The position numbers and the translations under genes were made by a program. Below the pieces are notes generated by a model. It saw nothing but the letters and a program-made list of their open reading frames with translations, did not search any database and was not told the origin of the DNA. From Spirochaetota bacterium (GTDB taxonomy: Bacteria; Spirochaetota; Spirochaetia; Treponematales; UBA12059), in contig JADFDI010000003.1 in NCBI GenBank assembly GCA_018262985.1, positions 35,577-99,576 on the forward strand: DNA of 64,000 bases, given 5' to 3'. Of the stretch, positions 56,130 to 64,000 are shown piece after piece. Each line of letters begins with the position of its first letter. The stretch's first letter is position 1.

Positions 56130-58026
56130 ACACCGTTCGCCCGGGTCTCGATTCGAACGCGATTGAGCCGCCGTACTCGGCCACGATGCCCCGCGAGAGC
56201 GCCAGCCCGAGCCCGAGCCCCTCGGATCTGGCTCGGGAGCTGACGAAGGGTTCGAAGATCGAAGCGCCGAGAGCGGGATCGACCCCCGGACCCTCGTCCT
56301 CGAATTCCACGGACACGCGGTCGCCGGTCAACCTGGCCCGGATGGCGATGCGCCCCTGCCAGTCGACGGCCTGCAGCGCGTTCGTCGCCAAGGCCAGCCA
56401 GACTCGGCGGGCGCCGGCGGGATCGATGCGGACGGAGAGCTCCTCGTCCAGGTCGAGCTCGACGGAGGCCCGGGCGACTGCGGCGCGCGGCAGCAGGGCG
56501 AGCGCGTCGCCTATCGAACGGCGGAGCGCGGTGCGTTCCTCGCCGCCGGCCGACTTTCCCGCGGCCAACCCGGACAGGGTGCCGAGCAGGGCTCCGATGC
56601 GCCCCACCGGTTCCCCGAGGGCCTCGAGGCTCGACGCCAGCTCGGCGAGCTCGCGCGCCGCCGCGGCCTGGTACCCCGTTTCCCCCGCCGGGTTCCCGCC
56701 GAGCCGCGCGGCTATGCGACCCGTCTCGCGGCGGGCGGTCTCGACCACCGACTTGATCGCCGCGAGGGGATTGTTAATCTCGTGGGCGAAGCCCGCTACC
56801 AGGCGGCCGACCATGGCCTCCCGTTCCGCCGCCAGGAGCTGGCCGCTCCGCTCCTCGACGCGCCGCTCGAGCTCCGCGGCGGCTCCCTCCAGCGATGCTT
56901 CGCGATCGGCCACCGCTTCGGCCAAGGCGCGCGCGGCCTCGGTGATGCGGGAAATCTCGTCGCCGCGCCCGTCCGCCGGAATGTCCTGGTAATGCCCGGA
57001 CGCCATGGCGGTCAACGAGGCGTCCAGGCGGGCGACCCGGTCGAACAGCTCGCGCTTGCCGATCCGGGCCACGAGCAGGGACGCGCCGAGCGCCACCATG
57101 GTGCCGACCAGCGAGACGACTATCGAGAGCCCGTCGATGAGGCCGAAGACCTCGTCCCGGTACAGTCCCGCGCCGAGCGCCCAACCCATGCCCCGATGGG
57201 GCCTGATGAGCACGGTCTTGAAGCGGTCTCGCTCCTCTCCCGGGTTCTTCCAGGCGTAGTCGTAGCGGTAGATCTCCACGTCCCTGTCGGGAAGCCGTTC
57301 CGCCGCCAGACGCGAGATGTTGAGGCCGACCGGCTCTCCGCGCTCGTTCCTCAGAGGGCTCACGTCCTTCATGGTCAGGGAAGGATGGAAGACCTCGAAA
57401 ACCTTCCCGTCCGGCCCGGCGCCTTCGAGGACTATGGCCCAGACATACCCCGAATCGCGCATCCGCGAGACGGCGGTCGAGAGCTCGTAGCGGACCATGA
57501 GGTCGGCCGGGCCGTTCGCCAGCTCGTACTGGCGCTCGATCGGCAGGTCCGTGAACGAACGTTCGGCCTCGAGGGCCAGGCTTCCCTCGAGCGCGAGCCG
57601 CCCCTCCGAGAAGGCGCCCGCCGGTTCGCCGCCGCGGAACAGGGTATCGCCGCGGCGCTCGAAGGTTCCGTCGGGAAACCGGAGGCCGAGCGAATCCAGG
57701 ACCGGGCCGAGGTCCTCGAGCCCGCCAGAGCGGAACGAAAGCAGGCTCGCGCGCCCGGCGAACGCGCGGCGGACCTGCGCGAGCGCCTCGCCCTCGGTCA
57801 GCCCGCCCGACAGCCTCAGCTGGTGGATTTCGTCGACGAAGGCCCAGGCGCCGTCCAGCTGGTCGCGGATCTGGGCCAGCGTGGCTTGTTCGGTCGTGTA
57901 GCGGAGCACCAAGGTCACGCCGAGCGTGGCGGCGAGCATCGGCGCCGCCACGCCCACGAAGGTCCAGGCGCGCAATCGGCCGAGCAGGCTGCGGCGCCGC
58001 GGGCTCCGGAATGCCATCGCGCTCAT
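56095..58026 (-). CDS. Sensor histidine kinase (Cache-like extracytoplasmic domain, HAMP, HisKA, HATPase_c)
   Basis: 643 aa with two TM flanking a domain of about 270 aa that has Cache-like features. H-box GFAHEINNPLAAI and HATPase boxes (LATNALQA, DEGPGV, GLGLGLALS). It overlaps the amidase 3' end convergently by 35 nt. Confidence 0.85.
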   Translation of the reverse strand: MSAMAFRSPRRRSLLGRLRAWTFVGVAAPMLAATLGVTLVLRYTTEQATLAQIRDQLDGAWAFVDEIHQLRLSGGLTEGEALAQVRRAFAGRASLLSFRSGGLEDLGPVLDSLGLRFPDGTFERRGDTLFRGGEPAGAFSEGRLALEGSLALEAERSFTDLPIERQYELANGPADLMVRYELSTAVSRMRDSGYVWAIVLEGAGPDGKVFEVFHPSLTMKDVSPLRNERGEPVGLNISRLAAERLPDRDVEIYRYDYAWKNPGEERDRFKTVLIRPHRGMGWALGAGLYRDEVFGLIDGLSIVVSLVGTMVALGASLLVARIGKRELFDRVARLDASLTAMASGHYQDIPADGRGDEISRITEAARALAEAVADREASLEGAAAELERRVEERSGQLLAAEREAMVGRLVAGFAHEINNPLAAIKSVVETARRETGRIAARLGGNPAGETGYQAAAARELAELASSLEALGEPVGRIGALLGTLSGLAAGKSAGGEERTALRRSIGDALALLPRAAVARASVELDLDEELSVRIDPAGARRVWLALATNALQAVDWQGRIAIRARLTGDRVSVEFEDEGPGVDPALGASIFEPFVSSRARSEGLGLGLALSRGIVAEYGGSIAFESRPGRTVFRVELEVAREP

Positions 58027-58102
58027 CGTGCTCCCAGTATCGCGCGCGAATCCGCGCTTTGCATGGAACCCGACGAAAAACCGGGGCCTCGCGGGCGGGA
58101 CC

Positions 58103-58378
58103 TCAGCGCTTCCCGGTCAGTTTGATGACGTGGTAGCCGAACTGGGTGGAAACCACGTCGGAAAGCGAACCGACGGACAGGTTCCGGCAGGCGTACTCGA
58201 AGGGCTGGACCATCTGGCCTTCGCCGAACCAGCCGAGGTCGCCGCCCTTCGACTTCGAGGGGCAGGTCGAGAATTCCCGGGCCAGGGACTCGAACGCGGC
58301 GCCCTGTTGCAGCCTCCGCCTGAGGTCGTTGGCGAGGGATCGATCCTTCACCAGGATGTGGCTTGCCTTCCATTCCAT
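58103..58378 (-). CDS. ppiC: Parvulin-type peptidyl-prolyl cis-trans isomerase (PpiC-like)
   Basis: 91 aa, MEWKASHILVKD...GGDLGWFGEGQMVQPFE...QFGYHVIKL. A strong SD GAGGAGG lies before ATG 58378; the track start 58441 is rejected. Confidence 0.88.
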   Translation of the reverse strand: MEWKASHILVKDRSLANDLRRRLQQGAAFESLAREFSTCPSKSKGGDLGWFGEGQMVQPFEYACRNLSVGSLSDVVSTQFGYHVIKLTGKR

Positions 58379-58467
58379 GTATGGCACCTCCTCGCGCGAG
58401 TATAGCCGGTGCGGCACCGCCGAGGGAACGGGCGGCGCCATCGCGAGCGCGCGCGACCGGGCCGGCG

Positions 58468-58519
58468 CCCGCGACCCGCGTAGCTACGGCGCTGACGCCC
58501 GCGACCTGCGTAGCTACGG
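58468..58519. promoter_or_regulatory. Two direct 22-bp repeats, each containing the perfect 10-bp palindrome CGTAGCTACG (candidate operator pair)
   Basis: GCCCGCGACC[C/T]GCGTAGCTACGG occurs at 58468-89 and 58498-519. The palindromes lie at 58479-88 and 58509-18 (30-bp spacing), in the divergent ppiC / lapA-like intergenic region. Confidence 0.5.
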
Positions 58520-58576
58520 GGCCGGCGCATGGTGTAGAGTGGGGACGGACCTCGCCCGACGCCCGGAGGAAACGGC

Positions 58577-58948
58577 ATGAAGTACGTCTATCTGATATCG
58601 CTGGTGGCCATCGCGATCCTGGTGGCCGTATTCGCCAGCCAGAACACGGAGGAAGTCACCGTCCGCTTCTTCGCCTTCTCGACCGGAGGCTCGTTGTCGC
58701 TGTTCCTGGTCATTTCGATGTCCGCCGGCCTCGTGCTCGGCATGCTCGTCATGGCGCCCGCGGTCATCGGGGGCCGTTTCAGGCATTTCCTGACCAAGGG
58801 CAAGCTCAAGCGGCTGGAGGCCGGGCGGAACCGGGCCGCGGAGCGTTCCGGCGGGACGGACGACGCGGCCGGAGTCGGCGGCGGCGCCGAAGGCTCCGGA
58901 GCCGGGACCGGCGCCGTCGACGAGCCCGGCTCGGGGCGCGCGAAGTAG
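58577..58948 (+). CDS. LapA-domain (DUF1049) small membrane protein
   Basis: 123 aa with two TM (YLISLVAIAILVAVFA; SLSLFLVISMSAGLVLGMLV) and a Gly/Ala-rich tail. SD GGAGGAA is present. Confidence 0.7.
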   Translation: MKYVYLISLVAIAILVAVFASQNTEEVTVRFFAFSTGGSLSLFLVISMSAGLVLGMLVMAPAVIGGRFRHFLTKGKLKRLEAGRNRAAERSGGTDDAAGVGGGAEGSGAGTGAVDEPGSGRAK

Positions 58949-59075
58949 AGGGTCGGGGGGCCGGAGCCCGGGACGGGACGCGGGACCGCTCGAGCCCGAA
59001 TCCACGCCGCCCGGGACGAGCCGCGACGCCGCCTTCCATTGACCCCCTTTCGCCGCCCGTGCGAGCATCGCCGGC

Positions 59076-59699
59076 ATGCGCATCATCGACACGGGCGCCT
59101 GGAAGCGCCGGCAGCAGTTCGAGCATTTCCTCGCCATGGCCTATCCGCACTTCAACGTCTGCGCGGACCTCGACGCGACCGCGCTCCGCGCGAGGACGCG
59201 GAAGGATGGCCGCTCCTTCTGGCACGCGACCGTCTGGGCCGCCGCCCGCTGCTGCAACGAGATACCCGAGTTCCGTTTCAGGCTGCGCGGCCGCGAGGTG
59301 GTCGAGCACGAAACCGTGCACCCGTCCTTCACGGTGCTGCTCGAGGGCGACGTCTACTCGTACTGCATGGTGCCCTACGTCGACGACCGCGAGGCCTTCC
59401 TCGACGCGGCCGAAGCCAGGCTGGCCGAGCTCCGCCGCGACGGTCCCACCCTCGACGACGGCGGCCGCGACGACCTGATCTACCTGACCACGCTTCCCTG
59501 GGTGTCCTTCAACTCGATCAGCCACCCCGTCGAGATTCCGGCGGACTCGGTGCCGCGCCTCGCGTCGGGCCGCTTCCGCGAGCGCGCCGGCCGGATCGAG
59601 CTGCCGTTCTCCGTGCAGGTCAACCACGCGCTGATGGACGGCGAGCGGGTGGGGCGCTGGTTCCTGCGCATGCAGGAGATCCTCGATACGGAGGCTTGA
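59076..59699 (+). CDS. Chloramphenicol acetyltransferase family protein (type-A CAT fold)
   Basis: 207 aa. By eye it aligns along its whole length to classical CAT ([47 protein letters not shown]), with the catalytic His and Asp of the HHAVCDG motif retained as NHALMDG. Confidence 0.75.
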   Translation: MRIIDTGAWKRRQQFEHFLAMAYPHFNVCADLDATALRARTRKDGRSFWHATVWAAARCCNEIPEFRFRLRGREVVEHETVHPSFTVLLEGDVYSYCMVPYVDDREAFLDAAEARLAELRRDGPTLDDGGRDDLIYLTTLPWVSFNSISHPVEIPADSVPRLASGRFRERAGRIELPFSVQVNHALMDGERVGRWFLRMQEILDTEA

Positions 59700-59838
59700 C
59701 CGGATCCCGCGCGAACCTGGGCGCGCCGGGCTCGAGGAATCCCGGCGGGCGAAAGCCGCGCGAGCCTTGCGCGCCGGCCCGTCCTCCGCGACACTTCGGG
59801 AGCGACGCCCCCGCAGGGGCCCGGAGCGTGCAGCCATC

Positions 59839-61737
59839 ATGAACCATTCTGGAAAGTTTTTCGGGAAGATCGTCCTTTCGCTCGTCATCGTCCCGGTCGC
59901 CACCCTCGTGCTCGGCGAGGCCTTCACCCACCTGTACAACATCACCCTCGACGCCGGCATCGTCGAGCGCGTCTCCTTCACCTTCGGCAAACCCCTCATC
60001 TTCGCCCTCGTCGCGGTCATGGAGCTGATCATGATCGCGTTCGTGCGGCTTAGGCTCTCGCCCCTGATCGTCTGCCTCGCGGCGCCGGAATCGGCGACGC
60101 CGGCGCTCGAGGCCAGGGCGCGGCGCGCGGCGCTCGGAATCCCGTGGGCGCTCATCCTCATCACCGCGGGATTCTGGATAACCGGCACCCTGGCCTTCTA
60201 CGCCATGAACGGGTGGAAGGCTCCCGGCGGGACGCCGCTCGCCTGGACCCTGTCGTTCAAGCTTTCCGAGGGCGTCCTCTCGGCGACGCTCAACGCGCTC
60301 ATCGTCGACATCGTCCTGCTGGCGCCGAAGAAGGCCCTGCGCATCGAGCGGATACGAGCGGGCGAGCGCGACCGCTTCGCAGAGTCGCGCGACATGATAG
60401 CGGTCATCGCGGCGTCCGCGACCCTGGTCACGCACCTGGCCTACGTCGGCCGCTACTTCATCGAGCGCGACCCGGCGACGGCCGGTCCTTCGATGCCCGT
60501 CGCCTCGTTCGTCGCCGTCGGGACCGCGGTCGCGGCCTTGCTGGTCGCGTGCGTCGCCCTCTCCCGCGCCGAGGACCGGCGCCAGGCCCTCGCGCTCCGC
60601 GCGCGCATCGTCGAGCTCGGCTCGAGCGAGCGGGTCGACCTCGCCGCCCGCGCCGCCGTGCTCAACTTCGACGCGAACGGCGCGCTGGCCGACGCGTTCA
60701 ACGGGTATACCGAATCGCTGCGCGTCATGGTGCTCGAGATCGATTCGTCCATGGACATCCTCTCCGAATCGTGCGGGGGCCTTTCGGCGCGCACCGACGC
60801 GATGAAACGCGACATGTCGGAGATCGCGCGGGCGGTCGGCGGCATCGGGGAGACCGTGGAGGCGGAGGCGAATTCCGTGGAGGAATCGAGCGCCTCGATC
60901 GACATGATCGGACGCAACATAGAGCGGCTCCACGGCGCCGTCGCCGAGCAGGCGGCCGTCGTGGCGCAGTCGGGAGCCGGCATCGAGGAGCTGATCGCCA
61001 ACGTCCGCTCGATCGCCCTCAACGTCGAGCAGGTCGACACGCAGTACGACGGCCTCAAGTCGGCCTCGGAGTCGGGCGCCGCGCGCATCGCCGAGGCCAA
61101 CGCCCAGATCGAGAAGGTCGCGGCCATGTCGGGCCTCGTGCTCGACGCGAACCGGGCCATCGCGTCCATAGCCGCGAGGACCAACCTGCTGGCCATGAAC
61201 GCCGCCATAGAGGCCGCGCACGCCGGCGAGGCCGGCGCGGGCTTCTCGGTGGTGGCCGACGAGATCCGCAAGCTGGCCGAGCAGTCGGGCGCGCAGTCGA
61301 AGGAAGTCGGCGCGCGGCTCAAGGAGGTGAAGTCCTCCGTGGATGCCGCCGTCCTGGCCGCCGGAGGCGCGGCGGAGGGCTTCGCGGAGGTGTCCAAGCG
61401 CATCGAGGCGGTGTCGAGCCACCAGGAGGAAATCCGCAACGCCCTGCGCGAGCAGGCCGAAGGCTCGAAGCAGGTGCTCGACGCCATCGGCACCATCAAC
61501 GGGGTGACCGAGACCGTCAAGGACGGCGCCCGCGAAATGACCGACGGCGCGAAATCGCTCATGGAGGGCATGAGGAAGCTCAACGAGCTCTCCGCCCGGG
61601 TGCGCGAGGAGATGCGGATCATAGCGTCCGACGTGGAAAGCATCGGCGCCTCGTTCACCGATGTGCTCGCGCTCGTCGGCGCCAACGACGGCGCCATCGA
61701 GCGGGTCAACTCGCGCGTGCGCCGCTTCGGGGTCTAG
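59839..61737 (+). CDS. Methyl-accepting chemotaxis protein with a polytopic membrane N-terminus
   Basis: 632 aa from [18 protein letters not shown].... It has several TM and the MCP hairpin tip [38 protein letters not shown]. This is the C-terminal part of track ORF 59767..61737. Confidence 0.88.
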   Translation: MNHSGKFFGKIVLSLVIVPVATLVLGEAFTHLYNITLDAGIVERVSFTFGKPLIFALVAVMELIMIAFVRLRLSPLIVCLAAPESATPALEARARRAALGIPWALILITAGFWITGTLAFYAMNGWKAPGGTPLAWTLSFKLSEGVLSATLNALIVDIVLLAPKKALRIERIRAGERDRFAESRDMIAVIAASATLVTHLAYVGRYFIERDPATAGPSMPVASFVAVGTAVAALLVACVALSRAEDRRQALALRARIVELGSSERVDLAARAAVLNFDANGALADAFNGYTESLRVMVLEIDSSMDILSESCGGLSARTDAMKRDMSEIARAVGGIGETVEAEANSVEESSASIDMIGRNIERLHGAVAEQAAVVAQSGAGIEELIANVRSIALNVEQVDTQYDGLKSASESGAARIAEANAQIEKVAAMSGLVLDANRAIASIAARTNLLAMNAAIEAAHAGEAGAGFSVVADEIRKLAEQSGAQSKEVGARLKEVKSSVDAAVLAAGGAAEGFAEVSKRIEAVSSHQEEIRNALREQAEGSKQVLDAIGTINGVTETVKDGAREMTDGAKSLMEGMRKLNELSARVREEMRIIASDVESIGASFTDVLALVGANDGAIERVNSRVRRFGV

Positions 61738-61818
61738 CGGGTCCTGACCCTTGCCCGCCGAAGCGCCTTCCTGTACCCTTTTACCTTTGGTAGCGCGCCG
61801 CGCGCTTATGGAGGCCCG

Positions 61819-63603
61819 ATGGATTCCGCGGGGAAAAAGCTGGCGCTCCTCGTCGAAGACGATCCCATCATCGCGCTCGACGAGCGGTATCACCTGGAAT
61901 CCTACGGCTACTCGGTGCTGGTCGCCCGGGACGGCGAAAAGGCCATAGGCGCGTTCCGTTCGGAGCCCGGCATCGACATCGTGCTCATGGACATCGACCT
62001 CGGCCCCGGCATCGACGGGATCGAGGCGGCCCGGACCATGCTCGCCGAGCGGAAGATCCCCGTGGTCTTCCTTTCGAGCCATACCGAGCGCGAGCTCGTG
62101 GAGCGCACCGAGTCCATCACCTCCTTCGGCTACGTGGTCAAGAATTCGGGCATCACCGTGCTCGACGCCAGCATGAAGATGGCCTTCAAGCTCTTCGAGG
62201 CCGAGCGCGAGCTCCGCAAGCAGAACACCGTGCTTCGCGCCGTCATGGAGAACGCGCCGATCGGCTTCGCGGTGAACACCATCTCCGACGGGCAGGGCCT
62301 GCTCGTGGCCAGGAAATTCAAGGAGCTCTACGGCATTCCGGACGGCCAGACCGAGACGGTCGACGACTTTTTCGAGTCGGTCTACGTCGATCCGGTCCAG
62401 CGCGAAGCCATGCGCGAGCGCGTCCTCGCGGACATGCGCTCCGGCGACCCCGCGCGCATGCGCTGGGAGGACATCCAGCTCCGCTACCGGAGCACGGGCG
62501 AGTTCAAGGTCATCACGGCCATCAACATCCCCGTCCTCGAGCACGACCTCATGGTCTCCACCGTGCAGGACGTGACCGAGCGCTGGAAGGCCGAGCAGGC
62601 GCTCCGGGCCGGCGAGGCGAGGTTCCGCGGCTTCGTGGAGAACGCCTCCGACCTCGTCTACGAGCTCGATCCCGAAGGCCGGTTCACCTACCTCTCGCCG
62701 AAATGGACCGAGCTGCTCGGCTATCCGGTCGAGGACGGCCTCGGCCGTTCCTTCGAGCCCTTCGTGCATCCCGACGATGTCCAGGCCTGCCGGGACATGC
62801 TCGGCCGCGTCCTGGCCGGCGCTCAGGAAGGGAACGGCGTCGACTACCGGGTGCGGCGCGCCGACGGGGCCTGGCGCTGGCACTCGTCCCGCGGCACCGC
62901 CGTCCGCGACGCGGACGGGAAGCTCCTGGCCTTCCTCGGCATCGCGCGCGACGTGACGGAGCGGAAGATGGCCGACGCCGAGCTGCGGAACCGGGTCGAG
63001 GACCGCGAGCTCCTCCTCAAAGAGGCCCACCACCGCATCAAGAACAACATCGCGTCGATCCAGAGCCTCCTCTCGATGCAGGCCCGCCTGGTCGAGGACC
63101 CCCAGGCCGTCGCCGCGCTCCAGGATTCCATCGGCCGCATCGGCTCCATGCGCGTGCTCTACGAGAAGCTCCTCGACTCCGGCGGCGGCGCCGAGGTACG
63201 GGTCGGCCCCTGGCTCGAGTCGCTCGCCGCCACCATCGCGGACGTGTACCCGGCTCCCGCCGGCCTGCGGCTCGAGGTGGAGGCCGACGATTTCTACCTC
63301 TCCCCGAAGGTGCTCTTCCCGCTCGGCATCGTGCTCAACGAGCTGGCCACCAACGCGCTCAAGCACGCCTTCCCGCCGGGCGTAACCGACGCTCCCCGCC
63401 TCGACGTCTCGCTCCGCCGCGAGGGCGAGCGGGCGGAGCTCCGCGTGCGCGACAACGGCCGCGGCTTCCCCGAGGGCGCCGCGGCGGGGAAACCGGGCGG
63501 CTTCGGACTTTCGCTCGTCTTCATGCTCGCCGAGCAGCTGGGCGGCGAGTTCCGGATCGGCGGCGCCTCCGGCGTCGAGGCGAGCTTCCGCTTCAAGCCC
63601 TGA
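61819..63603 (+). CDS. Response-regulator receiver, PAS-PAS, HisKA_2 histidine kinase
   Basis: 594 aa. REC (LLVEDDPI...VLMDIDLGPG...), two PAS domains, H-box EAHHRIKNNIASIQSLLSMQ, and HATPase (NELATNALKHAF). SD GGAGG is present. Confidence 0.88.
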   Translation: MDSAGKKLALLVEDDPIIALDERYHLESYGYSVLVARDGEKAIGAFRSEPGIDIVLMDIDLGPGIDGIEAARTMLAERKIPVVFLSSHTERELVERTESITSFGYVVKNSGITVLDASMKMAFKLFEAERELRKQNTVLRAVMENAPIGFAVNTISDGQGLLVARKFKELYGIPDGQTETVDDFFESVYVDPVQREAMRERVLADMRSGDPARMRWEDIQLRYRSTGEFKVITAINIPVLEHDLMVSTVQDVTERWKAEQALRAGEARFRGFVENASDLVYELDPEGRFTYLSPKWTELLGYPVEDGLGRSFEPFVHPDDVQACRDMLGRVLAGAQEGNGVDYRVRRADGAWRWHSSRGTAVRDADGKLLAFLGIARDVTERKMADAELRNRVEDRELLLKEAHHRIKNNIASIQSLLSMQARLVEDPQAVAALQDSIGRIGSMRVLYEKLLDSGGGAEVRVGPWLESLAATIADVYPAPAGLRLEVEADDFYLSPKVLFPLGIVLNELATNALKHAFPPGVTDAPRLDVSLRREGERAELRVRDNGRGFPEGAAAGKPGGFGLSLVFMLAEQLGGEFRIGGASGVEASFRFKP

Positions 63604-63756
63604 TCCCGCCGGGCATCCTCCGGGGGAGAAGGGGCCCCGCGACGGGCGGCCCGGAGTCCGCGGACTCGCCGGCGCGAGACCCCTTCCCGCCCCGGACCCC
63701 TCCATCCCCGCGTCCGGGCTTCCCGCGCCCCTTGACGACCGGTAGAATCCGGGAGC

Positions 63757-64000
63757 ATGCGCATACCGGTCCTGCTCGCGCTCGCGGCCGCCGCCCTCTT
63801 CGGCGCCGCGACGCCCATCGGCAAGCTCCTCCTCGGCTCGATGGACCCGTTCACGCTGGCGGGGCTCTTCTATCTCGGCGCCGCCCTGGTCCTGGCGCCC
63901 AGGGCGCTCCGCCGGGGCCCCGATGGCACGGGACTCGCCGGGAAGCTGCGCGCCGCCGGAAGGCGGAACCGTGCTCTGGTGGCGGGCTCGGTGCTCGCGG
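63757..64000 (+). CDS. EamA/DMT-family transporter; 3' end lies outside the window
   Basis: MRIPVLLALAAAALFGAATPIGKLLLGSMDPFTLAGLFYLGAALVLAP, a typical EamA N-terminus. TAGAAT lies 8 nt upstream of the ATG. The frame stays open to the window end, so it is absent from the ORF track. Confidence 0.7.
   Translation, partial: MRIPVLLALAAAALFGAATPIGKLLLGSMDPFTLAGLFYLGAALVLAPRALRRGPDGTGLAGKLRAAGRRNRALVAGSVLA

Noticed and set aside
63732-63737. TTGACG as the -35 element of the EamA promoter.
   Set aside because: It lies only 5 nt from the TAGAAT -10, which is too close. TTCCCG at 63720-25, with a 17-nt spacer, is the geometrically valid though weaker -35.

Overview
This is a visibly GC-rich bacterial chromosomal window. 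I call about 48 protein-coding genes (two truncated by the window edges) and one tRNA-Ala(CGC). I found no rRNA, IS element, prophage or CRISPR array.

Gene content:
- Sugar uptake: the tail of one sugar ABC operon (1-1940), and a complete disaccharide locus at 20660-27769 (GH65 phosphorylase divergent from lacI-SBP-permease-permease, with a clear promoter and operator).
- Housekeeping: EF-G paralog, aspS, typA/bipA, an AddA/AddB-like helicase-nuclease pair, parvulin PPIase, and a cell-wall amidase.
- Transporters: ZupT, ArsB/NhaD-type, MFS, MATE, EamA.
- Small enzyme genes: tryptophanase-family lyase, OsmC, fRMsr-type GAF protein, SDR, class-V PLP enzyme, CAT-like acetyltransferase.
- Signalling, which is unusually dense: 5 histidine kinases, 2 MCPs, 2 HD-GYP proteins, 1 PAS-GGDEF, 1 stand-alone cNMP-binding protein, and 1 stand-alone B12-binding protein.

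Because of the GC content, the ORF track is full of long antisense and alternative-frame ORFs that I do not believe.

Most notable observations:
1. A family of GC-rich short repeats sharing the core GCTCTG(T)CCC / GGGGACRGA forms large, nearly perfect tandem arrays. These fill three intergenic regions (19672-20027, 34164-352, 54683-921), with smaller copies elsewhere.
2. A CarH-like B12-binding protein (Wx9EH plus ExHxxG motifs, no DNA-binding domain) is translationally coupled to a PAS-GGDEF cyclase inside a 4-gene signalling operon.
3. Many genes have a recurrent -35/-10/N6-8/ATG arrangement, implying leaderless mRNAs.
4. One HD-GYP protein has a degenerate catalytic motif.
5. A sensor kinase has its first transmembrane helix encoded upstream of any canonical start codon.

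The gene content (motility and chemotaxis genes, this EF-G paralog type, an RRM protein) is compatible with a free-living motile bacterium. A Spirochaetota-like origin is only a weak guess.
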